In this document: in pieces, positions 1 through 13,397 of the stretch
How the letters are laid out: each line of letters opens with the position of its first letter
Position numbering within the stretch: the first letter of the stretch is position 1
Origin: Podospora anserina
Taxonomy: Eukaryota
Direction of reading: 5' to 3'
Length of the DNA stretch: 64,000 bases
Assembly (NCBI GenBank): GCA_017654855.1
Contig: CM030337.1
Span: forward strand, 496,001-560,000
Position numbers and translations under genes: made by a program
The notes under the pieces: model-generated
Seen by the model: the letters and a program-made list of their open reading frames with translations, nothing else
Told to the model about the DNA's origin: nothing
Database searches by the model: none

Positions 1-1
1 C

Positions 2-2123
2 GGAGGTAAACCCGTCACCAAAGTCGCGTCCGAAACCTTTGGCTACTCCGGCGCCGGCACGCTCGGTTTCCTCCGTAAAATCGAAGAGTCCACCACTGGC
101 GACGAAAACCTGCCTCCCCCCCCCGGGCAACATACCTCGATTGACCAAACTACACCCTCCATCTCAGACGGGTTGACAAGAGAGAAGTACAAATCCTTGA
201 TCCGGCAACTCCCTGCGAGGGTCCACATCGAGAAGCTAGTCGACATTTACTTTCGGGAGTTCAACTGGCAGTATTACGCCCTCGACAGGACTTTGTTCGA
301 CAGCTTGCTCGCGCAATGGTACACCCTCCCCTTTTCCATCCTCAGTCAAGGCGGGCCGTCCCAAATCCCGCTATCACTGAGGCCGTTTCCGGGGTTGCTG
401 TTCAATATTATTGCTATTGCTCTCTTGACCCTTTCGTCAGATGACAGGGAGTTCGAGGGGCTGTTGTATGCAGGGTTGAATATGACTTTTGAGGATTTGG
501 CGAATGATTACTCTGACTCTGGGCTGCAAGTTTTGCAAGTGCTGGGCAAGAGATCAATGACGCTCACGACAGTCTTGGCTGGGTTTGCCAGGGCGAGTTT
601 CCTCAAATATGTCGGCTTGGTGACGGAAAGCTGGCATGCGATTGGGAGTGCGATTAGAGATGCGCAGGAGATTGGGCTGCACAGGGATAGTTTGGATCCG
701 AGGCCTCCTTCTGGGGCGACGTTGCAGGAGGTGTTGGAGGTGCAGTGGGAGGTGCAGAGACGGAGAAAGATATGGATGACGCTTGTGGTTTGGGATGTGC
801 ACATGGCTGGCGTGCTGGGTCGGCCGACGACGATCAACCTGACGGCCGTGCCGCCGAGCTTGCCGGTTGATGTGAAGGGGGACTCGCCGGGTGCCAGCCC
901 TTCGGGGGAGTTGATGCCGATTGTGGAGCGGGGGGAGAATGAGCCGCCTACGCCGTTGACGAGGGCGGTGTGGGCGTATCATCTTATGGCGCCGATGAGG
1001 GAGATTCTGGAGCTGGAGAAGGAAGGGCCGTGCCCGAGGGATTTTGCGAGGGTGGATAAGCTTCATGAGGAAGTTGTTTCGATTGAGAAGAAGACGCCGC
1101 CTTTTTTCAGGTTGGAGAATCCGGACACGAGGTTTGATGATAGGGAGGATTGTTACTGGTTGCCGTTGGCGAGGGTTATTTTGCCGCAGCTGTCGTCTTT
1201 TGAGCTAATGGCGTTGCACAGGCCGTATATTTTTACCAGGCCAAAGAGTCGGACGGAGGCGCTCAAGGCGAGTTTGGGGATGTTGAATGCGCAGAGGTTG
1301 CACTTCATGGCGCTGAGGCCGGCTTTGTACAAGACGTAGGTCACCCCTTATTACCCCGACTCCTGTTGCCATTTCTAACCCAACCCAGATTCGCCCTCTT
1401 CTTTGGCACCTTTGACGCCATCGTCCTCATGGCAGCAATTTACATTCTCTTCCCCCGTGAACACCCAGAGCTCGTCCAGTCCGCCCTTCAACACTTCCAG
1501 TGGGCAGTCGAGCGCTTCGAGGCAATGTCTGAGCGCAACGCTCTCGCCAAAGCAGCCCTGGGTGTCCTCCACGCTGTCCGTCTTCGCCTCCGACGCTCTC
1601 TCGATTCCGTCGCCAACAAGTCACAATCGGCCTCATCCGGCACCAGCCCTTCAACCACCACAACAGTCACCTCCAAAGCCAACCCTTTGTCCCAGTCCTC
1701 TTCCTCCACCGGCACCAACGCCGCTGCTTCCAGTGGCGGCGGCCACCACTGGGAAACCCACACCCCGCGCCGCGCCTCCCGTTCCTCATCTTCCACTGGC
1801 GCCGGTAGCGCCATCTCCCCCAACCCTCTTCAGGTCCCCCTCGGGCCCTTGGATTTCTCCCAACCGGGAAGCAGCACCTCTGTCACACCAACAACAGACC
1901 GCAACTTTTACTCTGGTGGGCAAGTAGACTGGACGCTGCCAAGTGACTTTAACTGGGCTTCCCTTCAACCTATATACCCCACACATGATTTGATCTTTAA
2001 TGATTTAGTCGGCGTAGGGGATACAAATGGGAACGGCCTGAGTTGGGACACGAGAACTACTGTCCCTGGGCTGGGGGGGCTGACTACTGTTGTTGGGGGG
2101 AGGGAGCAAGTCCAGCAGCCACC

Positions 2124-2155
<32 letters not shown>

Positions 2156-2262
2156 GGGTTCAAGGTCAGGGACAGCAAGCGGGGGTGAACTGGCAGCAGT
2201 TTGAGGGTGATTTTGGGAATGATAGCGTTTGGAGTTTGCTGAATCAGTTTGGCCCGATGTAG
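2..2262 (+). CDS. Fungal-specific transcription factor (middle homology region, probably Zn2Cys6 class), 5' end outside window; exons <2..1335 and 1389..2262
   Basis: Frame is open from nt 2. Motifs LVDIYFREFNWQY, SWHAIGSAIRDAQEIGLHRD and RRKIWMTLVVWD...LGRP are typical of the Fungal_trans domain. Intron 1336..1388 (GTAGGT...CTAAC...CAG) joins YKT to FALFFGTFDA. Ser/Gln-rich tail ends SVWSLLNQFGPM. The Zn cluster itself is not visible. Confidence 0.85.
2125..2154 (+). repeat. (CAG)10 microsatellite encoding a polyglutamine tract in the transcription factor
   Basis: Ten perfect CAG units in frame (PPQ10G). Confidence 0.95.
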
Positions 2263-2592
2263 GTTGCGTGTATCGGGTGTTGACTGGTGTGTAAGATGAG
2301 GGTTCTATGGGTTGATCTATGAACATCGTCAACTGTTAGGTGTGGCGTATGGATGGCTAGGTGTGGGTCAAAAAGTGATTATGGTATCGCCGGAGATTTT
2401 GGTTCAACTTTTTGTAGTTTCCAAAGACATAGTTCACATATTTATCTTCATGTCTCACAACAGCCCGTACAATACTCTCGATTCAAACCCTGTCTCGACA
2501 CCCTCACCACCCCTATCTCCTACCAAGAGTCCCTCGCTATCTACCGTGATGTTCCCACACTCCGCCTAGTTGGCCGTCTAGCAATTACATAA

Positions 2593-2664
2593 GCCCGCAT
2601 GGCTCAGTGGTAGAGCGCATCACTAGTAATGATGAGGTCGTCAGTTCGATTCTGGCTGTGGGCA
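2593..2664 (+). tRNA. tRNA-Thr(AGU): tRNA-Thr (anticodon AGT), intronless
   Basis: Cloverleaf: acceptor stem GCCCGCA/TGTGGGC plus A discriminator, D arm TGGCTCAGTGGTAGAGC, anticodon arm CATCA-CTAGTAA-TGATG, T loop GTTCGAT. T-runs at about 2702-2713 may act as the Pol III terminator. Confidence 0.97.
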
Positions 2665-3376
2665 GTTCAAACATCTTAACTATCAACGAAGTTGACTTTA
2701 CTTTTGTATTTTTGCCCCTATCCTTTCCTCATCCTCTACGTGACACCGTTAGGTCAAACAAACCCCTTTTGCCCCTTGTTTTTCCCCATCGCCTCCGTCG
2801 AGTAAGAAACCAAGTAGTTTACCGCAAACATATACAGACAGACAAACATATATGTTGTTGACCTTAGGCATCATGAACACAGAGGGAAAGAAAAAAGTGC
2901 GCAAAAGGTGATTGATTATATTGGATCTTGTTCATTCTGCAAAGGATAAGATCACGATATTGAACGATAAATCAATATGTGCCATGCCCGAAGGGGGCCT
3001 ACTATCGCATCGCACATACACAGTCTTCACCCTTATTCGTATACTGATTCAATTTCCCCTTCTCAAGATTTACTCAACAGGCCACCCCAAAAACAACATA
3101 AACATGATGTACAACCCATCATTCCGATCTCTCATTGCTACTACTCTTCCATCATTAATACAAACAAAAGAAACACAAAGCAAAATATACATAACAAGCC
3201 CCGCCCCCCCTCCACTAACTCCCAGATTTGTTTCCCAATAAAAAATATAAAAAACAGCCCTCAACGAAAAGAAGAAAAAATGAATCCCACACCTTGCCCG
3301 CCTGCTAAACCAACGTTCACAAAATTGATATCATTCAAACAACCCCCCTCCCCCCGCCCTCTTTCTTCCATACCCC

Positions 3377-6300
3377 TCAAGCCCCCTTCCTCTTTTCCTC
3401 AACCGGCGTCCCAACCTCGCTCTCCAGCGCAGTAATATTCGTCTCTGTCCCCAAAGCAGCGGGCGGATTAGTCCAGTCACTAGCCCCATCATCAAAATCC
3501 GACTCCTCACTACTACTGAACTCGTCATCACCACCACCAGGAGTAACAACCGTCGTGCCACTGCTGACCTTTCTCAACGTGTCTCCAGTCAACGTCGGCT
3601 CTTCAGCTTCCTTTTCATTCTCAGACTCCGACTCCGACTCCGACTCAGCTTCGACATGCTCAATATCATCGTCAGTAAACTCCGAGGCCGCGTCGTCAGC
3701 AGTCTTGGTTTCAGTTGTGGCGGCTTTAGTCTTGGGCTGGTCGATGACCTCCTCCTCATCCTCGGATTCAGACTCCGACGAAGAAGACGCCTCCTCCAGC
3801 TCGGGCGAAGAAGCACGGGAAGAAGCAGCGGCCTTGGCAGCGGCAAGAGCAGTCCCATCCTTTTGCTCAACCTCTTCCTCGTCGTTATCATCCTCAGACT
3901 CACTGCTCTCCTCCTCCTCAACAGCAGGAGCAGCAGCCCCCTCAACAGGAGTAGCCTCATCACCAGCCACCGACTCAGCCTCATCCTCCGATTCATCAAC
4001 CCGAATCTCATCAACCCTGATCTCCTCAGTCTCTTGAGGAATCTCAACCTGCTCCTCCTCATCCTCCTTGACAACCGCGACATTCTCCTTATCCTCCCCC
4101 TCCACCTCTCGATCCCCCATCAAATCCCCATACCCCTTCCCAGCCTTGTTCCCACTCGCAGCCCTGCTCTTAGGCGTAGCCGCCATCGGAGTCCAGCTCT
4201 CCTTCCTAAGGCCCCTGTTCGCAGCACCGCCAGCAGGGTTCCTAACGCTCTGGCTTCTCTTGATGCCGCCGGCAGGGATGTTATTGCTGATCTGCGTCAA
4301 GCTAAAGTTCCTCTTAGCCTCAGGACTGAGACCAGACTGAGCAAGCGCGATACTGATCGCAGCCGAGGTCCCCCTAGCCTTGTTCGGACCGGCAGTATCA
4401 AGCGGTTGCTGTCCACTAACAACCCTCTTTCTGCTCAACGTAGACGAAAACTCCCTGTTGCCGCCACCGGGACCCTTCTTCTCGGGCAGGCCGCTGGCAG
4501 TCTTCTTCATAAGCAACACCTTGGAAAGATCCATGACACCCTCCAGCACCTTGCGCTCCATGTGCTCGGACTGGGTGGTAAGATCTTCAACCTCCTCACG
4601 GCGGAACTTGCAGGCAGCCTCGAGAGTAGACAGCTCAGAGCAGAGGTTGTTCTTGCGCGAGTTGAGATCCTCTTGGTCAAGGCGCAAATCAGCCAGGCTG
4701 GTCTTGATACGCTCCTCTTCCTCCTTGAGCTCGGCCAAGAAGGCAGTCTTGAGATTGTCGTGCTCAACGCGGAGGGCAGCATTGGCTTCCTTGACTCTGG
4801 TCTCTTCTTCCATGAGGTTGGAGAGCAACTCAATCTTGAGACGGTCATTGTCCTCCTTCATGGAAGCACGAAGCTCTTCTTGCTCAGCCTTAAAGGTGGC
4901 CTTGAGAGCCTCTTGCTCAGCCTTCAGCTGGGCCTTGAGTTGTTCATGCTCCTCCTTGAGTTGGGCCTTGGCCTGCTCATACTCTTCCTTCAGAGCAGCC
5001 TTGAGCAAATCATTCTCCTCCTTAAGGGTGACCTGGAGCTTGTCGTTATCGGCGCGGAGCTGCTCATTGACCTCGCGAAGTCTGAGCTCTTCCTCCTGGA
5101 AGCTCTTGATGAAGCTCTCACGGAGAGCCTCCTGGTCAGCGCGAAGGCCGGCATTGATCTCCTTGAGAAGCGACTCTTCCTCTCTGAGATTGGCGAGATA
5201 GGTGTCACGGATGTTCTGCTGCTCTTCCCGGAGGGCATCGTTCAACTCCTTAAGCCTGCCCTCCTCTTCACGAAGGTTGGCCAAGAAAGTCTCCTTGAGC
5301 TTATCCTGCTCCTCCTTCAAGGCAACATTGGTCTCCATGATGCGTGCTTGCTCTTCCTTGAGGTTGGCGATAAAAGACTCCTTGAGCTGGTCTTGTTCAG
5401 CGTTAAGGGCGACGTTGGCTTCCGTGATCCGGGTTTGCTCCTCCTTCAGATTAGACAAGAAAGTCTCCTTCAGGAGCTCTTGCTCCTCCTTGAGGGACGT
5501 AATCGTCTCCTTGAGTCGGGCCTCTTCGCTCTGAAGGTTGGACATGAAGGCAATGGTAATCTGCTCCTGCTCTTGAGGAAGAGTGACAGAGATATACTGC
5601 TTGAGGCGCTCCTGTTCCTCGCGAAGATCGGAAATCTGAGCCTCAACCTGCTGCTTCTCCTCAAGCCTGCGCTCCAAGGCAACGATGGTCTCCTGAAGTG
5701 TCTTCTCCTTGTCCTCATGCTCATCGGCGATGCGTTGAGTCTGAGCAGCAATGAAGATGGCGAGCTCAGCAGCAGTGGCCTTGACCTGAGAGTGAACCTC
5801 GTCAAGAGTGTCCAGCCGCCCGAACGCCTTGTCGGCAACCTCAGTATGGCCGACAAGAACATCAAGCTTCTCATTGACAGCAGTGTCATTGTACTTTTCG
5901 ACAGGAATCTCAACGCGCTCCTGGATAGCCTGGGCCTTGGTGTGGAGCTGCTCATAATGCTGACCAACCGTCGAGACGAAGTCTTCAAGGGTCTGAAGAA
6001 TCTTGGGCTGGTACTCGGCAACCTGATCATTGACACTGCCGACCTTGGTGATGGCCTCTTGAACTGTCTCACGAGTGAGGGAATGTTCAGTCTTGGCCTC
6101 AAGCTGGCCTTCATCAGACTTGGTAACAAGCGCCTCAACCCGCTCAAACACAGTCTTGGAAGCCTCCTCCATCCTCTCCATCGAGTCGGTGACAGCAGAC
6201 CCAAGAGTATCAACCAGCTGTTTGAGCTCCTCAGCAATAGCCTTGTTGCCAACAACTGCCGCCTCCATGTTGGCATCTCGCTCCTCACCCTTGGCAGCCC

Positions 6301-9300
6301 GTTCCTCATGAAGAAGCTGGAACTCGCCACACTTGCCCATCAGATCAGCAATCCGCTCATCCAATTTGGCAATGACAGCGTCGCTGGCGGCTTGAACCTT
6401 CTCGTTGGTCTCCAAGTTGGCAGTCGAAAAACTAGCCTTGGACTCCTCGACATCAGTCTTGAGAGCATCAAGTATAACCTTCAAGTCGTCGCCAACAGTG
6501 TCGTTCTTGGTAATAGCCTCCTTGATAGTAGTGCTGAAGCCATCAAGCAAAAGATGAATCGAGTCCACCCCCTTTGCCCCCTCCTCCAGCTTGCCCCTCA
6601 ACACGCCATGGAAGTCCTCCAAAATAGCCTTGACCTCCCCAACCCGCTCACCGACACCGACAATCTCCGCCTGCCTATCCTCCGTTGCTTTCTGGGCATC
6701 CAGAGCATGGAAATCCATGCACTCCTTCAGCTCCCCAAGCTGAAGCTCGAGGTTGTCCATGTTCTCCTTTGTCGGCAGCGAAGCCAAATCAACCTTCATG
6801 ATGTTCTCAATGAGCACCTTGGTATCAAGACAAACCGCCTCGACAGCCTCGACGTCGGTCTTGGTGATTCGCTCGGGGTCGTCCAGAGCCTTCTCATGGC
6901 GCTCTTTCATCTCGTCAAAAGCAGCAACGACCTGGTTGACCAGTGACTCGACCTTGAGAATATCTTCCTTCTGAGAAACCATCTCCAACTGGCTAGCCAC
7001 GCCACCCACGCTCTCTCTAGTCTCGAGGATGAGCGTCTCCAACGCGTCGATGTTATCCTTCTTGGATAGGGTGTCAACATGACTGACCAGGCCGGCAAGG
7101 GATTCTCTGGTCTCCAGAATGAGTGCCTCCAAAGCATCAATATGATCCTTGCGCACGCCCTGCTCGCCGTCAATGAGATCGTCCAGACGAGCCTTGGTAT
7201 TGCGAAGAATGGTCTCGATGGCCTCAACATCCTCCCTAAGGGCGGGCTCATCATTCTCGCTCGGTACTCTTGGTTCCCTTGGCTTGCGGGCGGGCGGATC
7301 GCGGGTTGACATCTCAATCACCGTCGCCTGGATCTTCTTGAGTGCATCCTCCATCGAAGCAAGTGGGACTTGACTCGGCAACTTGGCAACTGACTCCTGT
7401 ACCTGGCGGATCGTATCCTCCATGCGGCGGGCGTCTTCCTTGGACATGGCATCGGGATCAGGAACAGAGGTAGCCTGCATTACCTCAACCTTTTTGCCCA
7501 GCTGGGTAAGCAAGGTCTCAAGATTTTTGATATCATCCTTCTGGACGGTTTTCTCAACAGGGATGATAGCTCTGGCCTTGATCTCCTCCTCGTCGTTGTC
7601 CTGGGCCTTCTTCACCAAAGCTAGCTCGTTGCTGGTGCTCTTCCTCATGTCATCGATATCGGCTCTAACGCTATCGAGGCCAGCTTTCAGAGCTTCCAGA
7701 ATTTCGTCATTGGCGGTGAGGTCGGCAGGCTTGTCGCGGAGGTTGTTAATGCTGACTCGGATATCGCCCAGGCCTTCCTGAAGCGCGTCGAGAATCTCAG
7801 TCAGCCCGGCAATCGGCCGTGAAGAAACCTCAGCCCTCAGGCTTGAAAGCCCCTCCTGAATAGCCATGAGAACTTCCTGGGTGTACATGCCGGCCTGTGG
7901 GGTGACAGGCACCATACTGGAGTTGACAACCTCCCGGAGAGACTCGAGCTCCTCCTTGAGCATGGTCTTGGAACTGTCAGTCGACTTGAGCACCAGCTCG
8001 CCAACCTCGTCACGGAAGCCATCAAGAGTTTTGAGCAAGTCCTGCATGAACTCTTCCTTGTCCTCGGAAGATGATGATTCGCCCTTGACGCGGTCAACAT
8101 AAGATTCAATCTCGGACCTGAGCTTCTCAAGACCGTCACTGTCAACGGTGCTCTTCTTGGACTCTTCAGTAGCAGCCTTGAACTCGGCAACCACGGCGTC
8201 CCTAATCTCCTGCAACTTGGCGAGAACCTCTTCATTACTAGCAGCTGGGCTAGTGGCATTGGCAGAAATAACTGCGGACCCAGATGACAGAGTCTGAAAC
8301 TCCTTACGAACAGACTCGATCAAGTCGGCAGCAATCTCAGTCGTCAGATCAACCTCTTGAAGGCCACGCTTAACAGCCGCGACCATAGCCTCGGGGTCTT
8401 GGCTCTTGGCTGAATCTCCTTGCTCAAGCTCCTTTTTGACGATATCAATCACATCGGCCGCGATCTCAGTGGAAAGATCCAAAGCCCGAATACCTTCCTT
8501 GACAGCGTCGACAACATCAGCCTTGGACAAGTCAGACTTGGTTGCACCTGAGCTGGAACCAGCGGCGGCCGCAAAGTCAAAGCCATCGAGTGTAGTCTTG
8601 ACAGCATCTGACACATCAAGCGAAAAGTCGAGCGAGTCGAGGGCGGACTTGACGGCCTCTTCAATGTCGGATTTCGAAACTGATGAGCCAGGAGAGGCAT
8701 TCATCGGGATCTCGGAACCAGAAAAAGATGGGGGCGATGGCATAGGAATATGAGAGCCCATACTAGCGCTTCTGGGCACCAGCGCCCTCTCATTGTTGGC
8801 CGAATGAGAAGAGCTGCCAAAGTTGTGGTCCTCCAGCACTTTCTTGACGGCCTCTGCCACAGACTTGGAGAGCGTGTTGGTCAAGTCCATCTTTTCCAAG
8901 CCATCCTTGACGGCATCGGCAACATCGTCTCTGCTCAGGTCGAGGAATTCAAGTCCTTCCTTGACTGCGTCCGCAACATCAACGCGCGACAAGTCCGGTC
9001 GGGGAATCATGGCCGCCAAAGCCTCAATATCAAAGCCCTTGAGTCCTTGCTCAACCGCCTGTCGTACCTTTTCCTCCTGTCCCCTCAGACCTTCCTGTAC
9101 AGCATCCAACATGTCATCAGACAAATCCAGTCCCTTCAAAGCCTGGCTCACGGCCTCAGCTACATCTCCCTTTGTGACCGGCTGTGTGATAAGCGCCTCA
9201 GAAACTGTTTTGCTGAAATCAAAGGCGTCCAAGGCATCGGCGACAGCATCGATAACATCGTCCCTGCTAGCCCCCTTTGGTTCAGGCGGTGGCGGCATAG

Positions 9301-11769
9301 CAAGAAGTCCTTCTCTAACGGCATCAAGCACATCCTCCCGCGTGACCTCGTCACCAGTCTTGGGTGGCTGTGGAACCTCCCATTCTCCAAGGCACTCCGT
9401 AACTACCTCGAGAATGTCCTGCTTCCGCAACATCTCGACCTTGGGTGGCTGATAGTTTCTCAATCCCTCCGCCACAGCAGAGAAGACCTCGTCCCTTGTC
9501 GCGCCCATCGGTCGCTTGAAGTCAGCCAAGCCCTGCGCCAGACACTCGAGAACCTCCTCCCTCTCCAGCCCAATTTGCTGAATCTCGATCTCGGGCTTGT
9601 ACTTCTCCCAAGCATCCTTAACAGCCTGCATGACGTCCTCTCTCCTCAAGTCGGGAGTCCTTGGGTGGGTATCCTTGAGGGCGGCGCGCATAGCGTTGTA
9701 GAGCTCCTGCGAGTCAAACTGATGAGCCTCGCGCGGACCGGTCAGCGCATGGGCCTCTGTCGAAACATCACCTCCACTACCGCCGGTATACCGGTAATCC
9801 CTGAGGATCTTATTCATCTGCTCCGACATTTGGGCCAGGCCTTGCTCGATAATGCGCTGCATGTCCGCCTTGTTGCCGTCTCCCCCACCGTTGCTAGGCA
9901 CGCCCTCAGCGAGCAATTCTTCAAACTTCTGCCCGAGGTCGCGTCCCATATGTAGCACCTCGCCCCGGAGCTTGACAACCAACGCCTTGACCTCGGCAGT
10001 AAGCCCGCCAGCGTTGGCCAAGCTATCTTTGACCGTTTTGATAGCCTTGTAAACCTCCTCATTCACGTCTCCACCGCCCTGCAAAAGTCGGCTCGAGTTA
10101 CTAGGGCTATCATCGTCGTCATCTTCCCCAACATCCCAGCTGCGATTCTTGTTCCCGCCGCCGCCGCCACCAGCACCGCCCGCAGCGGCAGCAATGACAG
10201 CCTGTTGTTGATTCTCCTTGATAAACCTGGCAAGTTCCTCGATTTTGTCAGCAGTGGCCATTCCAGAGAGTTTACCGGCAAGGTCCGAGAGTTTGTGGCC
10301 CAGATTCTCCTGTCCCTCCTTGGTAGCCATATCCCGTATGATCTTCTCTACCAGGGTGACAGTCGTCGAGTTTGTTCCAGTTTCCGAACCGACCAGGGAT
10401 GGGGTGCTCAACATGGATTCGCGATCAAAGGAAGCTGCAAAGCTGTTAGGGGACGGAATACGCGGAAGAGAAAATGGCCGGACGGATTTACTGAGTTGAG
10501 TGGGAGAGGTGGTGTGATGACGACCTTCCAGTAACAGGGGACCACCATAGAGGTCGCGGTTGGCCGCTCTGGCTTTGCTCTCGGTAATGAGGTCTCGGAG
10601 ACTCTTGCGGATATCCTCGTCGCGGGCATTGGTCGCTTCCTTGAGGCTGAGAAGATCGGTGGCATTGTCACGGGAACGTCGACTGAGAAGAGACATTTCC
10701 TTTTGGAGCGTTGTCGCAATATCGGTGAGGGTAAGAATCTGGTTAGAAAGAAGATCCAGGGACTCCGGTACCTTGGCTACCTGGACCATGGCATGCGAAT
10801 TGTTGGTGATATCTCCTAAGGGTTGTGAGTGCGCCTGCGGTTGGGGCGGAGGCGGTTGCGGTTTCTCGGGCTCCATGCTGGGAGGGGGGGGTTTGGGACC
10901 CATCGGGGAGCTGTAGAGATTGGTGTTGGTGCTAGGAAGGTGAGTGTTAGACTGGGTGCTCATATTCTGCAGCGCGAGCATGGTAGCTGACGGAGGGGGT
11001 GTGTTTTCTCCCAGAATACTCTGGTGAGTAGCCCGGCGGGCAGTCGGGCGGATGATGGGTGTCAAACTAGGACCCGGTTTCAATGTTGACCTGTCATCGC
11101 CGCTGTGGCCGAAGTAGTCCTTCTCGTCCTTGGGTTCTATCCAGGAGTTCCTTGCGTTTCTCGAAGGGGTAACGGGCCGGGTGTTCTTCTCGGGGGACCT
11201 TGGTACGGGAAGTTCTCTCGCCGGGGAACTGCCGGCCTCGATCATCATGCTCATATCCTTGACCGAGGTGGGCTGGAGAGAGTTCATTCGGCGGTGGGTG
11301 TTGGCGCCTAGGGGTGCGGGAGCCATGCCTGGGATGGGCAATGGGCGTTCTGGTGAGACTTCGAGGCGCTGATGCTTGGGTACGTGGGGCACCAGTGCGG
11401 CATTCTCCCGGGCCTTCTCAGCCAGGGCAGCATGGGCGGACTGGATGGCACTACTAGTTCCTGTCCTCGACACGATGGGGGACTGGGGGTTGAGAGGAAG
11501 TGGGGGAGGAGCCCTCTCGGGGTCAGAGCTGTCCCACCTGTTCTTCATTAGCGATTGCCAAAGATGCGACATGGCATTGTGGGAGAGGATATCATAGCAT
11601 GGTCATTGTGGATTGCCAGAAGTGGGATGTGAGGCAAAAGAAGATGGATGATGTGTGAGTGTGGTGAGTAAGTAACATACATGGGAACCAAGGCTCGGCC
11701 GTGATCCGAAAGAGAGGCGGAATGTTGGTGTCTTAGGTCGCGCGGAGTGTCCCTCTCGACGGGCGCCAT
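3377..11769 (-). CDS. Very large (~2750 aa) coiled-coil protein with internal repeats and an acidic C-terminus; exons 11769..11681 and 11537..3377
   Basis: 8.2-kb uninterrupted ORF with strong codon bias. Exon 1 (MAPVERD...ALVPM) joins WDSSDPERAPPPLPLNP through intron 11680..11538 (GTATGT...CTAAT...CAG), restoring VPMWDSSDPERAPP. Similar fungal proteins are often auto-annotated 'chromosome segregation ATPase family', but I see no Walker A motif. Confidence 0.85.
5048..5569 (-). repeat. Six tandem degenerate 87-bp (29-aa) repeats in the coiled-coil gene; two more copies at about 4849..4676
   Basis: Units such as QELLKETFLSNLKEEQTRITEANVALNAE, QDQLKESFIANLKEEQARIMETNVALKEE and QDKLKETFLANLREEEGRLKELNDALREE align without gaps. 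Confidence 0.85.
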
Positions 11770-12825
11770 TGCGTTGATTGTGTTGATTATATGTGGGTAT
11801 CGAGGGTATCGTGGGTATCGTGGGTAGGTTAAGGGCGAGCGCTACTGGAATGCTCTGGTGAGGGTAGGTTGGAGTGGAATGCGACGTGACTCGATACAAG
11901 CAAACAGTCGAGCAACGAATGGCAAATGGCAAACAGAAGTCGCTTTGCATAAAACTTCGTCGACGAGGGGGTACCAGACGCCGGCCAAAGCACGACAACA
12001 AAAATGGGTATCGTGAAAAAGGTAAAGGTGTGAAGCAAGCAGAAGGCTGGAAATGGTGCTCCTCTTCCGAGTGGGTATAACAAGGTCTTGTTAAGGCCTG
12101 TCAATTGTGCAGTCCAAGAGGAGGGGCCGTCAACATGGAGCGGGCATGGAGCGACATGGGCGCCTGAGCTGGCGCCGTGCCCACCAATTGCGACCAATAG
12201 CCCTTTCCTGTTGTTGATTTGAGTGGGTTCACCCGGCAACGTGTTAGCCGCGACCGGGGGCTATCCTTGCTACCAGCTGCAGGAAGCACTGACCAGCTGC
12301 CTCCTAGCCGTTATCGATAACCGCCAGAGCCTGTGACCAAAGCTTGAACCCTGTTGTTTTGTTTCCCATCGTCGGTGATGTGCCGTCATGGTGCAGCAGC
12401 ACTGTCTTGAATGAATTTCCGGGAGACGGTCTCCATCTTTTAGTGCAGAGGTCGAATGGGGGGATCTCGAGTACCTGGCATCAGTTCAACAAACTACTGC
12501 AGCTACACTTCAGCATACATATAATATGCGTGTGTTCCCGTTGCATCCCAAGCATGAGAGTGGGGTCGAAAATACGGTGTGTGTGCGACTCGATAACTCG
12601 AGCAACCCCTCCACAAGGCAACATTGGGTCTCTGCCAACTTGGTTCTTATAAATATTTCACGCGATAATTATTCTGTTGATGTCATACAAGCTCTACCCC
12701 TGGCCGTTGTATCAAGGCTCCATCTCAAAATGAATCTATCTCAAGTCCTCTCCCAACCCCAAGATTACGCTAATTACAACATCATGAAGACTCTCCTCCT
12801 CCTCCTCCCAGTGCGTGTGCCCCTT

Positions 12826-13397
12826 TTATGGCCTGGTAGGCGCAACAGCAGTGACGGTGAACTGCGAGCACCTCTGGAGGCCGATATCAATTTTGACGAA
12901 AGCCTTGCTATCATACCCGCTCAAGCAAACGGGCGCGCCATTGGCCTGAATCCGGCCGTTGCCAACATCGAATCTGACAAACAGCAGGTCGTTCCTCGAG
13001 CAGTCCTCGGCGCGGAAGGTGGTCTCGTTGAAGGCAACGCAGGCTGTCTTGCCGACAAGGTCACCACGAAAGGGGGCAGCAAAGCCCCGCTGGACAATGA
13101 GGACGTCGGTCCCCAAGATCTTGCCGGGGGTGACTTGTCTGTCGGCGTGTGTCCAGGCACAGGCGGCTTGGACGATCTCGCCCTGTTGCATAGACTTGTC
13201 AGTGTGCTGGTTTTCAAAGTAGGTTCATGGGAAGAGCATACGCTGTTGGTGAAGGTCAAGCACTCATTGTTGGGGATGCCGCCAATCTGCTTGAAGACAA
13301 AAGTATTGGGGCCCTTGACGGGTCCTGGAGGGACGAGGATCTGAGCCGTGGAGGTGGCAAGAGCGCTCAGAAGAGCAAGACCGGTGGTGAACTTCAT
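12826..13397 (-). CDS. Small secreted protein (~170 aa, 6 Cys); exons 13397..13242 and 13182..12826
   Basis: Signal peptide MKFTTGLALLSALATSTAQ. Intron 13241..13183 (GTATGC...CTGAC...CAG) joins ECLTFTNS to GEIVQAAC in frame. Confidence 0.85.

Noticed and set aside
3656..6946. 1096-aa ORF on the plus strand, with similar long antisense ORFs at 8750-9955, 22484-24082, 24425-25459, 28457-29911 and 52468-53610
   Set aside because: They lie exactly antisense to real genes and give Leu-rich, motif-free translations. They are explained by the codon bias of the sense gene.
11538..11572. ORF-track start MSHLWQSLMKNR for the giant protein
   Set aside because: It lies within a canonical intron (11680..11538). 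The upstream exon from 11769 gives a better model.
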